The notes under the pieces were generated by a model that worked only from the letters and a program-made list of their open reading frames with translations, was not told the origin of the DNA and did no database searches. A program made the translations under genes and the position numbers. 64,000 nt of DNA from the human T2T-CHM13v2.0 reference genome, Homo sapiens. The stretch is from NCBI RefSeq assembly GCF_009914755.1, contig NC_060935.1. One strand, written 5' to 3'. Below, in pieces: positions 1-52,900 of the stretch (the first letter of the stretch is position 1; every line of letters starts with the position of its first letter).

Positions 1-340
1 TTCATTAGAACAGACTATCCAGGAGCTCAAGTTGCCCACACTTCTTGACAGCTGTGAGCTCCACAAATAAAACAGCACTTTTGTAGCCACAGTCCCCAGG
101 TCACAGTCTTTGCAAGACTCAGGTGGAGCCCCCCATCTGTCTGAATTTGTGAGATACCACTGCGCCTCCACAGCTGGCAGCCTCTCCTCCCCACAAAAGC
201 AAGTGCCCTTTCCCACACTGGCAGCTTCCCAGGCCAAGATCATCTGGCTCAGTGACCTCATCTTGCACACAAGAAACTGAAGCCCAGGCAGAAGTGGGCT
301 GAGTTGCCTTCCCTCTCCCCCAGGTCCCCAGCCCTCCTCA

Positions 341-8401
<8,061 letters not shown>

Positions 8402-9231
8402 TCACGAGGATGGGGACGAACCAAGATCCCAGGACTGGCTGGCGCCCAGCCCCCCGCAGGGCGCCTTCTCCTCGCGCCCTCTCCCCAGAGGCACCTGCAG
8501 CACCCCGCAGCTCGGCTCTGCGCCCCTCCCGCTTCCCTCCCTCCACAGCCTCCCTTCCCCCGCAGGGTTATTTTGGGAACCCAGAGCCTGAGGGGACCTC
8601 GGAGGAATTTCTCCCTGGTATGGGAGGTGGGGGGAGAGAACCCAGGCGTCCTGCTCGCCTCGCCCCCTCCCGGGAGCCCAGGAAGGCGAGGCGGGGCTGC
8701 GGCAGCCCCCAGGGGGCCTGCCCTAGGGGAGGCGGACTGGATGGGAGAGGAACATTCCTGGGGCGGGGGGAGCCCGCTGCGGCCAGGAGGCGTCAGCGGG
8801 AAGCCTCAGCCTGGGAACTGAGCGCTCCCAGGCCACCTCCGCAAAGGTCCCAGGGGTCCCGGCTCAGCTTGTCCACAGGCCCTCTTCCTCCCTATCCCCG
8901 GCTCCTGACCCTGGCCCCGGCCCCGCACAGGCGAACTGTGAGCGCGCACGGAGCAGGGTGTCCAGAGGGGGGCGCTCGCGCCAAGGGTGGCCGGTGGGTG
9001 CATGACACCATTAGCAACTCCGGTCACTGGCGGGGTCATACGCACCCTGGCAGGGGCAAACACTCCACACCCAAGTTAGTCGTCGGAGGCCGGGGACCTA
9101 AGTGGAGGTGCAGGCGTCCGCACTTACACGCACCGGGCCACAGGCACCGGCCTCCCATCCTCCGTCTCTCACACACAATGGCACCCACACCCTGTGCACA
9201 CCTGCACGAAGAAACCCTCAGGCACACATAC

Positions 9232-9334
9232 CCAGCTCGTCCACCCCAGAATGCAAACCCGCGGACGAGGTCGCCTCCTGGACGTGCTGTTCACTTGAGC
9301 CAGGCCAGCCTTGAGTCCCGCGGCCACACAGGCG
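9232..9334 (-). CDS. RASGRP2: RASGRP2 alternative 5' exon (103 nt) encoding part of an N-terminal extension RLCGRGTQGWPGSSEQHVQEATSSAGLHSGVDEL
   Basis: cag acceptor at 9335-9337 and G|gtatgt donor at 9231. In frame with the exon 2 acceptor at 8166 (71 nt upstream of the ATG). Resembles the long RasGRP2 isoform as I recall it. Confidence 0.7.
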
Positions 9335-9970
9335 CTGACATCCTCACACGTGTGCACACACGCAAGGCAGTGCCTCTCCACGCATGTACACTCCCACACA
9401 CATGCACACACCCCCATGGGTGCGCACGCCCATTCCGTCGCCCCCCTCCCATTTGCGGTGCAGGGCCCGCCCTGCGGCCCCAGCTCCCTGACTCCCCTCA
9501 CTCCCAGATTTTGGCAGAGCCTTGCCCCACGGAAAGGTACCCCGGCCCTACACATACTCACTCCCCCAGGCTGGAGGACAGGGGAGCTCCTGTACGGAGT
9601 TCTCAGGCGGACTTTTCCTAAGAGCCACCCAGAGCCGTCCCCGCCTGGCTCTACCGCTTCCTCGTGTGACCTTGAGAATCACTTGGCCTCTGGGAGCCTC
9701 AATTTTCTCATCTGCCAAATGGGGGTACGCGGGGGAGGGCCCCGCTGGAAGGTGGCTGGGAAAAGCTGGGTGCACCGTGGAGGTCCTCCGCCCTCCGGGG
9801 ATCCAGCGCGCCTTAGCTCTCGTGGCCGCTGCCCCCTCTCCCAGACCCGGGCCGCAGACTCCCCACCCGCTCGCCGCCCCCAGCCCGCCCGCGCCGCCCT
9901 GGGCGGGGGGGGAGTCGCTGGGGGCCGCGCCCTCCTTCGCCTGGCGCCCCGCCCGCGCTCGCCCACTCAC

Positions 9971-10100
9971 TCTTGGGACCTGCCGCAAGGAGCCCGCACC
10001 GGCCTGGCCGACCCCACCTCCGTGCGCTCCCGCCCGCCGGCCTCGCTGCGGCTGCGGCTCCCGCCCGCTCTCCACGCCGCGGCCCCGCTCCCCGCCGCCC
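9971..10100 (-). other. RASGRP2: RASGRP2 alternative non-coding first exon (5' end approximate)
   Basis: Strong donor AAGA|gtgagt (plus actcac 9965-9970) inside the CpG island, with GC boxes upstream. Confidence 0.6.
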
Positions 10101-10503
10101 CGCCCCCGCCCCCGCGCCAGGCTGCCCCCTCCCCCCTCCGCCCCTGCGCGGAGCTCCGCACCGCCGGCTGCGCCACCCCCACCGGGGGCTCCCTCTCGCC
10201 CCGCACGCGGCGGTCCCTGCGGCAGCTTAACCCCTCCCCTGCCGCGCCGCCCGGGAGGCCAGGGCCGCGGGCGGGGGGCTGCGCCACTAGCTGCCCCGAG
10301 GGCGGGCGACCGGAGGCCCCGCCGCCCGGGACGCGGAGGGGGGACCGAAACGAAGAGCCCCTCCCCCAACCGCGGACGCCCCAGTGCCCCCCGCCCTGCC
10401 TGGGTGTCGGGCGGAGGAAGCCGGGAGGGGCAGGAAGCGGACTGCGGTGGGGAAGGGGCGCCCCGCCCAGCCCCCAGCTCGGGTTCCTGTTTTCGAGACA
10501 AAC

Positions 10504-10700
10504 CGTTCCCATGGGGCTAACCCGGCCCGGGACCGGGCGTCTTCCTGCAGGCAGCGGGTGGCACAGGCCTAGTGGAGGTCGGGGGCGTGGGGACAGCTGG
10601 TCCTTGAGATAGTCTGGGGGATGGGCTAGGACAAGATGGGAATATTTTGGGGAGAGGGACCTGTGGGGAGCGAGGAATGAAATCGTGGCTATCTGGAGAC
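10504..10700 (-). other. RASGRP2: RASGRP2 distal first exon ending in ATG GGA ACG (MGT); 5' end approximate
   Basis: ATG at 10512-10510, followed by donor ACG|gtttgt at 10503. Confidence 0.6.
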
Positions 10701-11642
10701 GCGGCCTTGATGTCTGGGAATGGGGGCGGGGGGCCCAGTTCACACAGGAGGAACGGGGCCCCGGAAGCCTGGCTCCCCACAGGGTCGAATGGAAAGGGGC
10801 AGCCGCATGTGGCGGTGGGTTCTCCGCAGCTCGGAGACTGGAGACCTGGATGCCTGGCCAACAGGGAGGAACTTGGGAGGGGCAGCCGCAGGCGGTTGGG
10901 GTCCCCACTAGCCGGGCCTAGGAGAGCGGGTAACGGTTTCCGACCATTTGGCTTCAGACACACTCACTGTGAAACCACCGACCCCAAACCTCCCTTCCGA
11001 GGCGTGCCCCTCCCAGCCTTGGGGCGGGGGATCCAGGACCGCCCCCGCACCTCAGTCTTGGTAATGTAAGACTTAGAAACAGGACCTTTCTGTTCCTCAG
11101 TTTCCCCATAATGAGGGCCTAGACTAGGCGGTCTGCGAGTGTTCCCTGCCGTAACACTCCCCCGACTTTGGATCCAGTGTAGCCACCTGCTAAGAGACCC
11201 TTAAACGCCGCAGTAGGGCGGGGCTAAGGGCGGAGCCAAGAAGGCGCCGAGCATCCTCTGCTTCCTCCCCCTCCTGGGTCCTGCCCTCGACAGCGCGGAT
11301 CCTCCGTGGTCCGGGAAGCCTCAGCCCAAGTCCCGGCTCCCAGCCCCGGTGGGCCCCACCCAGGCAGACGCCCCGCCCCCGGCCAGCGAGGCTGGCCGCT
11401 GACCTAGTATGGACACGGCACTGGGAAGAGAGGCGTGGAGGGTGACGCCAGGAAAGGGGCTGGAGAGGCCTAGGCCCCGCCCCCACGGGTCGCCCCCTCC
11501 ACCTCCCATCACCGTCCCGCCGTGGGACGCACCTGCCGAGGGTGGAGGATAAGGGGGTGACTGCGCGGCTGCTGTTGAGCCCGCCAAGAGCTAAAAATAT
11601 TTCCCAACAAAGAGGAGTAAGGAGGCTCCCAAGGAGAATGAA

Positions 11643-11648
11643 TTTATT
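11643..11648 (-). terminator. PYGM: PYGM polyadenylation signal AATAAA
   Basis: Plus tttatt at 11643-11648, about 240 nt after the TGA stop at 11888. Confidence 0.85.
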
Positions 11649-11887
11649 AGGGAGTGGGTGCAGTTGGTCAGACCCCATAAATAGGAGGGGACCGGGAGCC
11701 CGAGGACGGAAGGGGGCCCGTGTCCTTAGTCACGCTGGACACTGGGACATTGAGAGTGGGGAAAATGAGGGTTCCAGGAGGGGCTTAGAGATCTAACTCC
11801 AGTACCCCACCCTCTGCATGAGGTGCTGGGGCTGGCCCAAGAGAGTGTGACAGACTCAAGGGCTGGTTTGGGGTCTGGTCTGGAGGC

Positions 11888-25254
<13,367 letters not shown>

Positions 25255-25269
25255 TCAGCACTGCCTCCA

Positions 25270-25400
25270 GCCAAGGAGTGGAGCTCCCCAGCCTCAAGGG
25301 GATTTAAAGCCTGGCTCTGGGCAGCACGCCCCGCCTCCCCTGCAATGGGAGGGTCTTGGCCTGGCAGCTCAGGGAGCTATTTTGAGGGCAAGGGGAGGAG
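25270..25400 (-). promoter_or_regulatory. PYGM: PYGM core promoter: TATA-like TTTAAA, GC box, MEF2-like site
   Basis: tttaaa 25303-25308; ccccgcc 25329-25335; ctattttgag 25377-25386 (one mismatch to MEF2 CTATTTTTAG). Confidence 0.65.
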
Positions 25401-26603
25401 AGGAGAGGGGAGGGAGAGGTGAGCTCCACTTGGGCCGCCAAGACTGGCCTGGCTTGTTCACAGGCCTGTGCTGACCCACTTCCTCCAGGCCTTGCACATG
25501 GTCTTCTGTCCCTTGTCCCTGCCTTTTGGAGGGTTGGATACAAGAAGGAGCAGGCAGAGTGCTGGATTGGGGAGCTGTCTGTCAGTGGCTGAACCAGGAT
25601 GGGAGGCCATGTGTTGTGGCAAAAGGAACCAGGACCCCCTGCAGGCTGTGGTGCAGGAGCCAAGTCAGTGTCCCCTGACGGAAGAGGTGCAACTAGCAGA
25701 GGCCACTGGATGTCTTTGAGAAAGGGGCCCACGACCCTGCATTGCAGGGGTGGTGTGAGGGAGGTTGTGTGAGGCAGGGCCACAGCCCTCACTCCACCCC
25801 CACCGAAGCTGAGCAGCTCTAGGCTCCCCCTGTTGCTGTCCCTCAAGGAGCCCTGAAGTGACCTTTTGGAGAGGGATGCTCAGGTTACTGGCCAGCATTG
25901 GCGGGAGGCCGCTAGCCTGCAGCACGGGGCCCTGGGAACTGTAGTCCTATAGGCCCTCGGCGGTGGGAGAAACTGAGGCATTCCCCACTCCATCATCATA
26001 CTGGTTTAATGACAGTAAGTTCTCCCTGTGATTCCACTGCTTAGGAAGTGATTAGAGGCCTTCTTTCACTTCTTCCTGCCACCTGGGGCCACACTCTGAG
26101 CAGGATTTTGTAAACCAGCTCTGTGACCTGGCCTATAAAATGGGTGCCTAATCTGTACCTCGAGGACCTCACCCCATTTGTGTGCATAGCCCCACAGCTT
26201 TGAGCCCTTCCCTGGAGGCTTTGGCTATCCTCCCATTCACTGCTGTGTTCTGGCCCCAGCACTGACTTGCTGTGTGACCTCAAGCTGGTTGCTTTACCTT
26301 TCTGAGCTTTGGATTCCTTCACCAAATTTAGACTCTCCAATGAGAAAAAAAAAAATCCCTGCCTCTCAGCTGCTGCCTCCTCATCTTGTGAGGGCAGGCT
26401 TCGGATCCTGCTGTTCTTTAAGAGAAAGGAACCAGGACCTTGTGCTAGTTCAAAGGCTGTTTGGGCCTCCCGGGTGGTGGGCCGGTGGAGGGGAAGAGCT
26501 GGGTGTTCTGTTCTGAAGGCCAAGGAAGCAGGTCAAAAGCCTGGACAGCTGCAGGATACTATTGAGAGCCTGGTTCGGAGAAAGCCAAGCTGTTTCTGAG
26601 AAC

Positions 26604-26902
<299 letters not shown>

Positions 26903-27207
26903 TCCGATCACTTTCTGAGCCATGGCAGACCCAGCCCTGGAATCACCGGCTTAGTATGTGGGCCAAACTTCAAGTCCTACAGAGGTCTCCAGGCTCCCAA
27001 GCCCTGCTCTACCCCTGCCCCCAAAAGGCACGGGCACACTGTCTTCTGTGGTGCCTGCCACATTTCCAAGTAGAGAAAAAAGATCGGGAAAAAAACACCA
27101 AAATACACCTCCACAGACACGGGGATGCAAACAACTTTTCCTTACATTTTTCTGTTAATTTCCAATTTCTCTTAAGAAGTGTTTCATAAACCATTAAAAA
27201 ACAATGC

Positions 27208-27571
<364 letters not shown>

Positions 27572-29931
27572 TCATCCCCATCCTCCACTAAGCACAGCTT
27601 GGACTCCAGCTTGGCCTGGCATCCAAGGTTCTTCACAGCCCGCACTTGTCCCTTGGAGGGTTGCTGTGAGTAGAGCTGAGACTTCTTGGCAGTCCACTGC
27701 CAGGCAGGCAGTAGCTTGTTAACCATGCCGTCACCTCACAGCCCAATCGTGGCAGCCTGCTTTGGCCACACACACCTTCTTTGCATTGACCCCTATTTCC
27801 TGCAAGACTTTATGTTCCTGCCACTGAGGACCCGATCCCCATAGACCATCCACATCTTACAGGCAGGGAAGGCCAAGTTCATTCCATCCTTTCCCAGCTA
27901 CTCTCCCCTCTTGCACCCAGGGCGCTTGCTCTCAGGAACATTTTTACTGGGAAATTTTTAACTTTCTCCAACTACCTTTTCTGTGGCTTCTTTCCGTCTT
28001 TGTCATGCCATCACTCCCCACTGTTTCCAGGCTTTGTCCCGGGGTGACACTGCATGCCCCAGCCCAGCATGATCACACCTGGGCAGCACGATCTCATCTG
28101 TTTCCCTGCTTCCTCCGCCCCTCCTTGGTGTTGTGTATGCAGGTTTAATGAACCCTGAAGCACTTTTACAACCTGAACTCACTCGAGGTTATTTATGTCT
28201 AAGTTTCTAACTAGAAACCCGGCCTCCTTCCTTGGACCAATCCTGGGTTTCTCCAGAGCCCTTAGCTGAACCTCAGTAACAGAGCCCTGAGGCTGACCTT
28301 TCCCCACTGGCATTCCTCTTGCCAGGCCTTGCCAGGCCTTGAGGGACGGGGACAGTGCTGCTACAGCAGCAGAAATGAACGTGAGGAGAGGGGGTGGGGC
28401 AAGCACAGCCCTGTCACAATGTGATGGAGTAAATGGCTTGCTTTCCCACCCCAGGTGTCTTAAGACAGGTGGGCAGGCCTTTCTCTCTCTGATTCTGCCA
28501 GAGGCAAGTGCTTGCCACGGTTCAGAGGGCCAAGCCTTCCTGCTGTCTCTTCCATTTCAGGGCCTCTAGCACCTTGGAGACTGATGCCTTAGTCAGCCAC
28601 TTCCTCTCCAAAACCTTAACAAAAGCTGACGGCAGGGAGCAGAAAGGGAGGGAGCACAGGAATGGAGCTGGCCTGGGGGAGAGAAGCGGAGGAGATAGCT
28701 AAGCTGTGGTTAAGTCATTTATTGATTTTATTTCTAAAACCCACATAGCGCCACTTTGCCGCTTCCAGAGCTTCAAAGAGCTAATTAACCACCCAATGAG
28801 CCCACCAGGGAAACCAAGCTTGTGGGAGAAGCAATGAGGTGAAGCCAAGGTCAAAGAGGGTAGCCAGGCCCCAGGCCCTGCCCCCATTCTGCCACTTAAG
28901 GACAAAGGCAAAAAAGATGTCCTCCTTTTGGTGAGCCGAAGTTTAGGGCTTGGCTGGGGAAACGCACTGAGCCTGCCTTGCTTCTGAGGGCTCCTCAAGC
29001 CTGGCAGACCCATAGCAAAGCACAGGCCTCCTGGACGGGGGACCAGACACCCCAGTAAACAGCAGTAGCCAGCCCTAGCTCACAGCTGGAAAGCAGCCCA
29101 GGCCAGTTGCTGGCCCCAGCAGCCAGATGCTGGGGGAGCCTACTGTCCCTCAGCCGCCCTGAAGGAAGGAGAGGCAGGTGGAACCAGGGCAGCTCTAAGG
29201 CACCTCTGCCCAGGAGAGGACCTCACTACCTGGTGGAGACTCCACATGGATTTTTCTGGAACCCTAACAGTAACTACCCACTCGCCGCCCAAGACATGGA
29301 AAAAAAGCAGAAGACCCTTTGAAAAGTGCTTGCAAAGCACAAGATGGGGCACTTTATCCTGTCCCCCCGACCCCCGCCAAAGCCTACAGCGCTGGCAGGC
29401 TGCAAGTCACCAGCAGAGAAGGAAAAAAGCCACTTGGCGGTTTTAATTTTAGCTGCTCTGTGCCTGACAGGCAGGATTAGTTGGCTTGACCTTTAGTGTT
29501 GATGCCTCCCCAGGCCCAGGGCCTTAGGTGGCAGCTTCCAGGCACAAATCACCACTGGAGCTCATCAAACGTGGACGTCTGAGCCCCAGGAAAAAGCCTT
29601 CAAAGGACAGAGACTAGAAAAATGAGCAGTGAACAAGGAGGGGCAAAATTGGTTCTCAGCGATGTTAACTAGTCACCAAAGGGGAGACTGTGGAGCCACC
29701 CACACACTGAGCTCCCACCACCAAAGCCACACACAGGAGGCAGGTGGTGGGCTTCCCTAATTAACCACCCACAGTCTCACCCCCCCGGACCTGGTGCTGA
29801 ACGAAAGTTAAGGCACCTTTGGTGCTGCTGCTGCTGCTGGTGGTAGAGGAAGTTTATGTGAAAAGAAAAACCGGGCGGGGCAGGCATTAAAAAGAAAATA
29901 AAGAAGCAGACCCAGAAAACCACACTGCTCT

Positions 29932-29937
29932 TTTATT
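29932..29937 (-). terminator. SF1: SF1 polyadenylation signal AATAAA
   Basis: Plus tttatt at 29932-29937, followed on the minus strand by a GU/U-rich element (gtgtggttttctgggtctgcttcttt). Confidence 0.85.
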
Positions 29938-30693
29938 CAATGGAACATCCCCGCTTTAGCGCAGTGTTGAATCTAACACCGAAAAAAGCCCAGAGAAATT
30001 TCTGCAGATAAACCAGTGAAGAGAACGCGCAGTATACATTATTGTCAACAGAATCACTTCATGGAGAGGGAAGCGGGAGGAAAAAGGAAGGAGAATGAAC
30101 AAGGGGCTCAAACCCCTACACACTGCAAAACATTCAGACATTTGGGATTAAAACAAAACATAAAAGGAAGCCTTCCAGGAAGGAGAGGACCAAATGGAAT
30201 CTGAGGCAGCTCAGGTGATCAAGGAGCACAGGAAGAACTCCAGGCTGGCAGGCGAGCCCGAGGGAGCTCAGGCTGCCCACCCACTGCTGGCAGGATCGCC
30301 AGGACGGATGGGAATCCCGAAACCTGGAGATGAACCTACCCTCGGCAACTTTACAAGACTCCCTTGACAAGGGTGGCAGAGATTAAAAAACCCCACGCTT
30401 TAAACAAACATATTTGGGGGTGGCTATGGCACCTTGAAAAACCCACAACCAGCTTGACATGAATGGCCAAAGCCCTTGCCCAAAACCATTTGCTCCCCTC
30501 TCCTTGGTAAGGGAAGGAGAACTGGAGAGAAGGGAAAGGAATCTAAATTGCAGCAGAAGACCGGGGAGAGCATCTCCTTGGACGGAGTCTGAAGAAAGGA
30601 AAAGATAAAGAAGTAACAAAGGAAAAAGAAAAAAATTAATAAAAATTTCACGATATGGAGCCAGCGTGTTCCGATTCCGTCCACAAAAATAAC

Positions 30694-30823
30694 TCAGGCT
30701 GCTTTGCCGAACCATCCTGTCCACCAGGGGCGTTGCTGAGGCTGTCTGCCTGGAAGGGTCACCAATGGGCGCGGAAAGTCCTCACTCTCATGGCTCGGGC
30801 CATCGCCGCCGCGGGGAGGGATC
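30694..30823 (-). CDS. SF1: SF1 alternative terminal exon coding segment, used in two frames (RSLPAAAMARAMRVRTFRAHW* and IPPRGGDGPS...WFGKAA*)
   Basis: gccag|G acceptor at 30824-30826; stops at 30759-30761 and 30694-30696. Joins give 548, 571 and 638 aa products. Confidence 0.85.
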
Positions 30824-31122
30824 CTGGCGGCCCGGTTTGGGGAGAGGCAAAGGGAGTTGGGTGAGGAGAGAAAGAAGACAAAGAAGACACTCGATGCTAC
30901 GGGGCGCCAGGAGAGCCCAAGCTGGCGCCCCTACTACCACCTGCCCGTTCCCAAGCGAATCCTCAGTCGCTTGGCCCAGCCCAGTGCGTGCACACACACA
31001 CATGCGTGCACACACAATCACATGCGTGCGTCCCAATGTCTGGCTCCATATGGTGAGGTTCGGCGTGTTTAAACGAGACCAATTCTCTCTATATATAATA
31101 TATATTTTCTTAAAAAACAAGT

Positions 31123-43698
<12,576 letters not shown>

Positions 43699-43999
43699 GG
43701 CGCCCCCGGGGACAGGCACCGGCACCTGCTTTTCCTCTGCGGCGGCTTCTCCTTCGCAAGCCTCCCGGGGGGAGGGGACCCGAATGCGCTGCCGGAGCGC
43801 GCGGAGCCCGTCCTCTCACGCGGCGGGCGGCGGCGGCGCGAGACGCACAAAGAGGGAGGAGAGAGGGCACCGCGGGGGCGGGCCGGGGGCGGCGGGGCCG
43901 GGGCCTGGATTGGGCCGGGCCGAGGCGAAGGGTCGAAATCGGCGGCCTCCGATTGGCGGAGCCTCAGTCCTTCTTGATGCGCGCTGGGATTGGCCGAAC

Positions 44000-44570
44000 C
44001 GTTAGGCCAAGCGAGGAAATGGCGGCGGAGTTCGGTGGGCTGGGAGGTGTCGCAGCGCGCACTTCATTTGTTACTGCGTGAACTGAGCTCCGAGTCCAGA
44101 AAGGAGGGGATGGGGTGGGGCGAACTCTATGACGGAGCGACGGCGAGCTCTCTCATTGGCTGCGGTGGTGGACTCAATCAATCTCGCCTGCGTTGTAGTG
44201 TCGCGGGATTGGCTGTCGCTGGTTTCAGCCTTTTTCTACTCCCCTCCCCCAGGGGGCAGTTTCTCCGGGATTAAGCGAGAGTCGCGGCGGAAAAGGCCCA
44301 GCCGGAACGAGATTTACGGCGGGGGAGTCCTGGAGCAGGAAGTGCGCATGCGTAGATGGAGCAAAACCGCCTCTCCACCCGTCTCCCTTCACCATCGACC
44401 CTTGGGTCCAGCAAGGAAGCCCTAAGTGACGTCAACCTTTGTTCCCATGGTAACGCAGAACCTTGGGGCGGGAGCAGGGGAGGGGCTGGCGCGCGCCGGA
44501 AAACCGGCTCAGTTGACGCTGCAGGTAAAAAGACTTCCTGTTTTTTTGGAAAAAAAAAAAAAAAAAAAAA
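44000..44570 (+). ncRNA. Probable divergent (upstream antisense) transcript from the SF1 promoter; extent uncertain
   Basis: Bidirectional motif set and a plus-oriented YY1 site. I recall an annotated SF1 divergent transcript here, but transcription cannot be shown from sequence. Confidence 0.4.
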
Positions 44571-44771
44571 AAAGTGACCCAAAAAGCTACGAATAGAGAC
44601 GACTTATCGAAGGATTTAAAACAGTATTTGAACTGATGCAACAACATATTAGATGAAAGGTAACAGAAGGTTGTCAGTTCAAAAATTACAAATACACACT
44701 TCTATTGGAATCTCCACGGAGTTCAGAGGATTTAATTAAATGATCTTAAAATCGTATAAAACAATAACTAC

Positions 44772-45425
<654 letters not shown>

Positions 45426-45479
45426 CAATAATAAAACAATATGATATTGTTGGTAGGAAAGACACATTAGTGCAACAGA

Positions 45480-45895
45480 ATCCGGAAATACCACAAATGT
45501 AGTATTTTATTTCAATCAGGAAAAGATGATTTCGTTGATAAATGGCGTAGAATCTTAAATTTAAACAACAAAACATTTAGAATATAATTTAGGAGACTAT
45601 AAGGGTATTCTAGGGGTTGAGAGACTGCAAAGACAGGAACCTCAAACTGTAAAAAGATATACTTGATTACCCCGAAAATTAACACTGATAAAAGTCAAGA
45701 GACAATGATAGATGAGGAAAAAATATTTGCCATACATGATAAAGAGCCAATACCTGTAATATACAAATACATCTTAAAAACTAATTAGAAAAAAGGCAAA
45801 AACAATAGAAAATGAGCAAAAAATAGGAATGGACATGTCTCAGAAGAACAAATCCAAATAGCCAAGAAATATGAAAGGGTGCACAACCCCTCTGC
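45480..45895 (+). mobile_element. Old L1 fragment
   Basis: gaaaaaatatttgccatacat...tagaaaatgagcaaaaaataggaatggaca resembles L1M. Confidence 0.6.
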
Positions 45896-45896
45896 T

Positions 45897-47435
<1,539 letters not shown>

Positions 47436-48212
47436 ACCACCTTAGACTGTGCTGAGTTTGTGCGACTGAGACTAGCTAATTTATTTACCAGTATTTAGAC
47501 ACTGCCTATAAGGGAAATACAAATTAAGGTGATAATGAGGAATCTCAAAATAAATGAAAATAGCAGAACATAAATGTGCTAACACCTACTATCGTTAATC
47601 TTTTAGAAAGCATTCTGTTGTCTATTAAAATTGTTCCCCCTTTCAAAAAATAAAAAAATATGCACCTGTACTCACAGCTACTTGTGAAGCTGAGGTGGGA
47701 GGATCCCTTGAGCCCAGGAGGTAGAGGCAGAAGTGAGCTGTGATTGGGCGACAGAGTGAGACTCTGTCTCAAAAGAAAGAAAACATAAACCCTTTCGATC
47801 CAATATCCCACTCCTGGGAATCTGCCCCCAAACAAGCCATGTGATTATATAATGTTTTCAAAGTCTTCTGCATTTACTGCAGCATTGTTTGTAGTGGTAA
47901 AAATGGGCAAACAGAGTGAATTTCCATCAATATATGAACGACTGAATTGGAAAACCCATAACCTAGAATATTAGGCAGCTTTGAAAAGCTGTTAATTCAT
48001 ACCAACCAACCTAAAGTAACTACTGTTCTGTGTTAACAAAGAAATACATATGACATGGCTTTGTTTTTGTAACACAAACCCCATACAGATGTGTGCATGT
48101 TTGCATATGATTATCTGAGCATAACAAAGGCTACAGAAGGATACACAGCACATGCTCTATTGCAGAGTGAAATGGGCGGCTGGAAGTTGCCCAACACATC
48201 TTAAACATCCAA

Positions 48213-50134
<1,922 letters not shown>

Positions 50135-50705
50135 ATTAAACGACACTTAACTGTGAGTCAGCCCTTCCACTCCAAACTATTTACCCACAAGAAATGATAG
50201 AATATATCCAACAAAGACAGGTACATGAATGTTTATAGCAGCTTTATTTGTAATAGTTCACAACGGAACATGGTCCAAATGTCCATCAACAGGTGAACAG
50301 CTAACCAAACTGGTGCATCCAAACAATGGAATACTACTTGGCAATAAAAAGGAATAAAATATTAATGCATGCAACAGGGATGACTCGCAAATCCTTATGC
50401 TCAGCTAAGCAAGAAGCCAGACAAAACACAAGTACATACTGTGTGATTCTATTTACATACATTCTAGAAAGTGCAGATTAACCTGTAGTGACAGAAAGCA
50501 GCACAGTTGTTACTTGGGGATGGGAGGCAAGAAGCAGGAGGGTGGGCTTACCAAGGGCATGGGAAACTTTCCAGAGTGAAGGGGATGGTGATTATCTTGA
50601 TTGTGGAAATAGCTTCACGGGTGTACACGTATGTCAAAAGTCATCACGTACACATTTTTATATGCAGCTTATTGTATGCCAATTATGCCTCAATAAAACT
50701 GTCTT
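50135..50705 (+). mobile_element. L1M 3'-end fragment
   Basis: catgaatgtttatagcagctttatttgtaatag...ccaaatgtccatcaacaggtgaa...caattatgcctcaataaa. Confidence 0.75.
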
Positions 50706-50889
50706 TCAACAATACACACTAGAAGGCAGCAACTGCAAAGTGGCAATTCCAGAGTTCTGTGCAGGACGCTGCAGTGATTCCGCCCCACTTGTTTTCACCA
50801 TCTAGGGAAACGTCCTCTTCGTTTTTGGTCTTGTCTTTCAAGCGAGTTCTATTTTTTCGGTGATTACTTTTAAATATTTTTTTAAAATT

Positions 50890-52900
<2,011 letters not shown>

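Noticed and set aside
29822-29843. Short (CTG)n run after the SF1 poly(A) site
   Set aside because: Only about 5-6 units; unremarkable
30788-30900. Third-frame SF1 tail RSIECLLCLL...RRRWPEP
   Set aside because: I recall it from an old ZFM1 cDNA but found no canonical splice join placing it in frame, so it was not counted as triple coding
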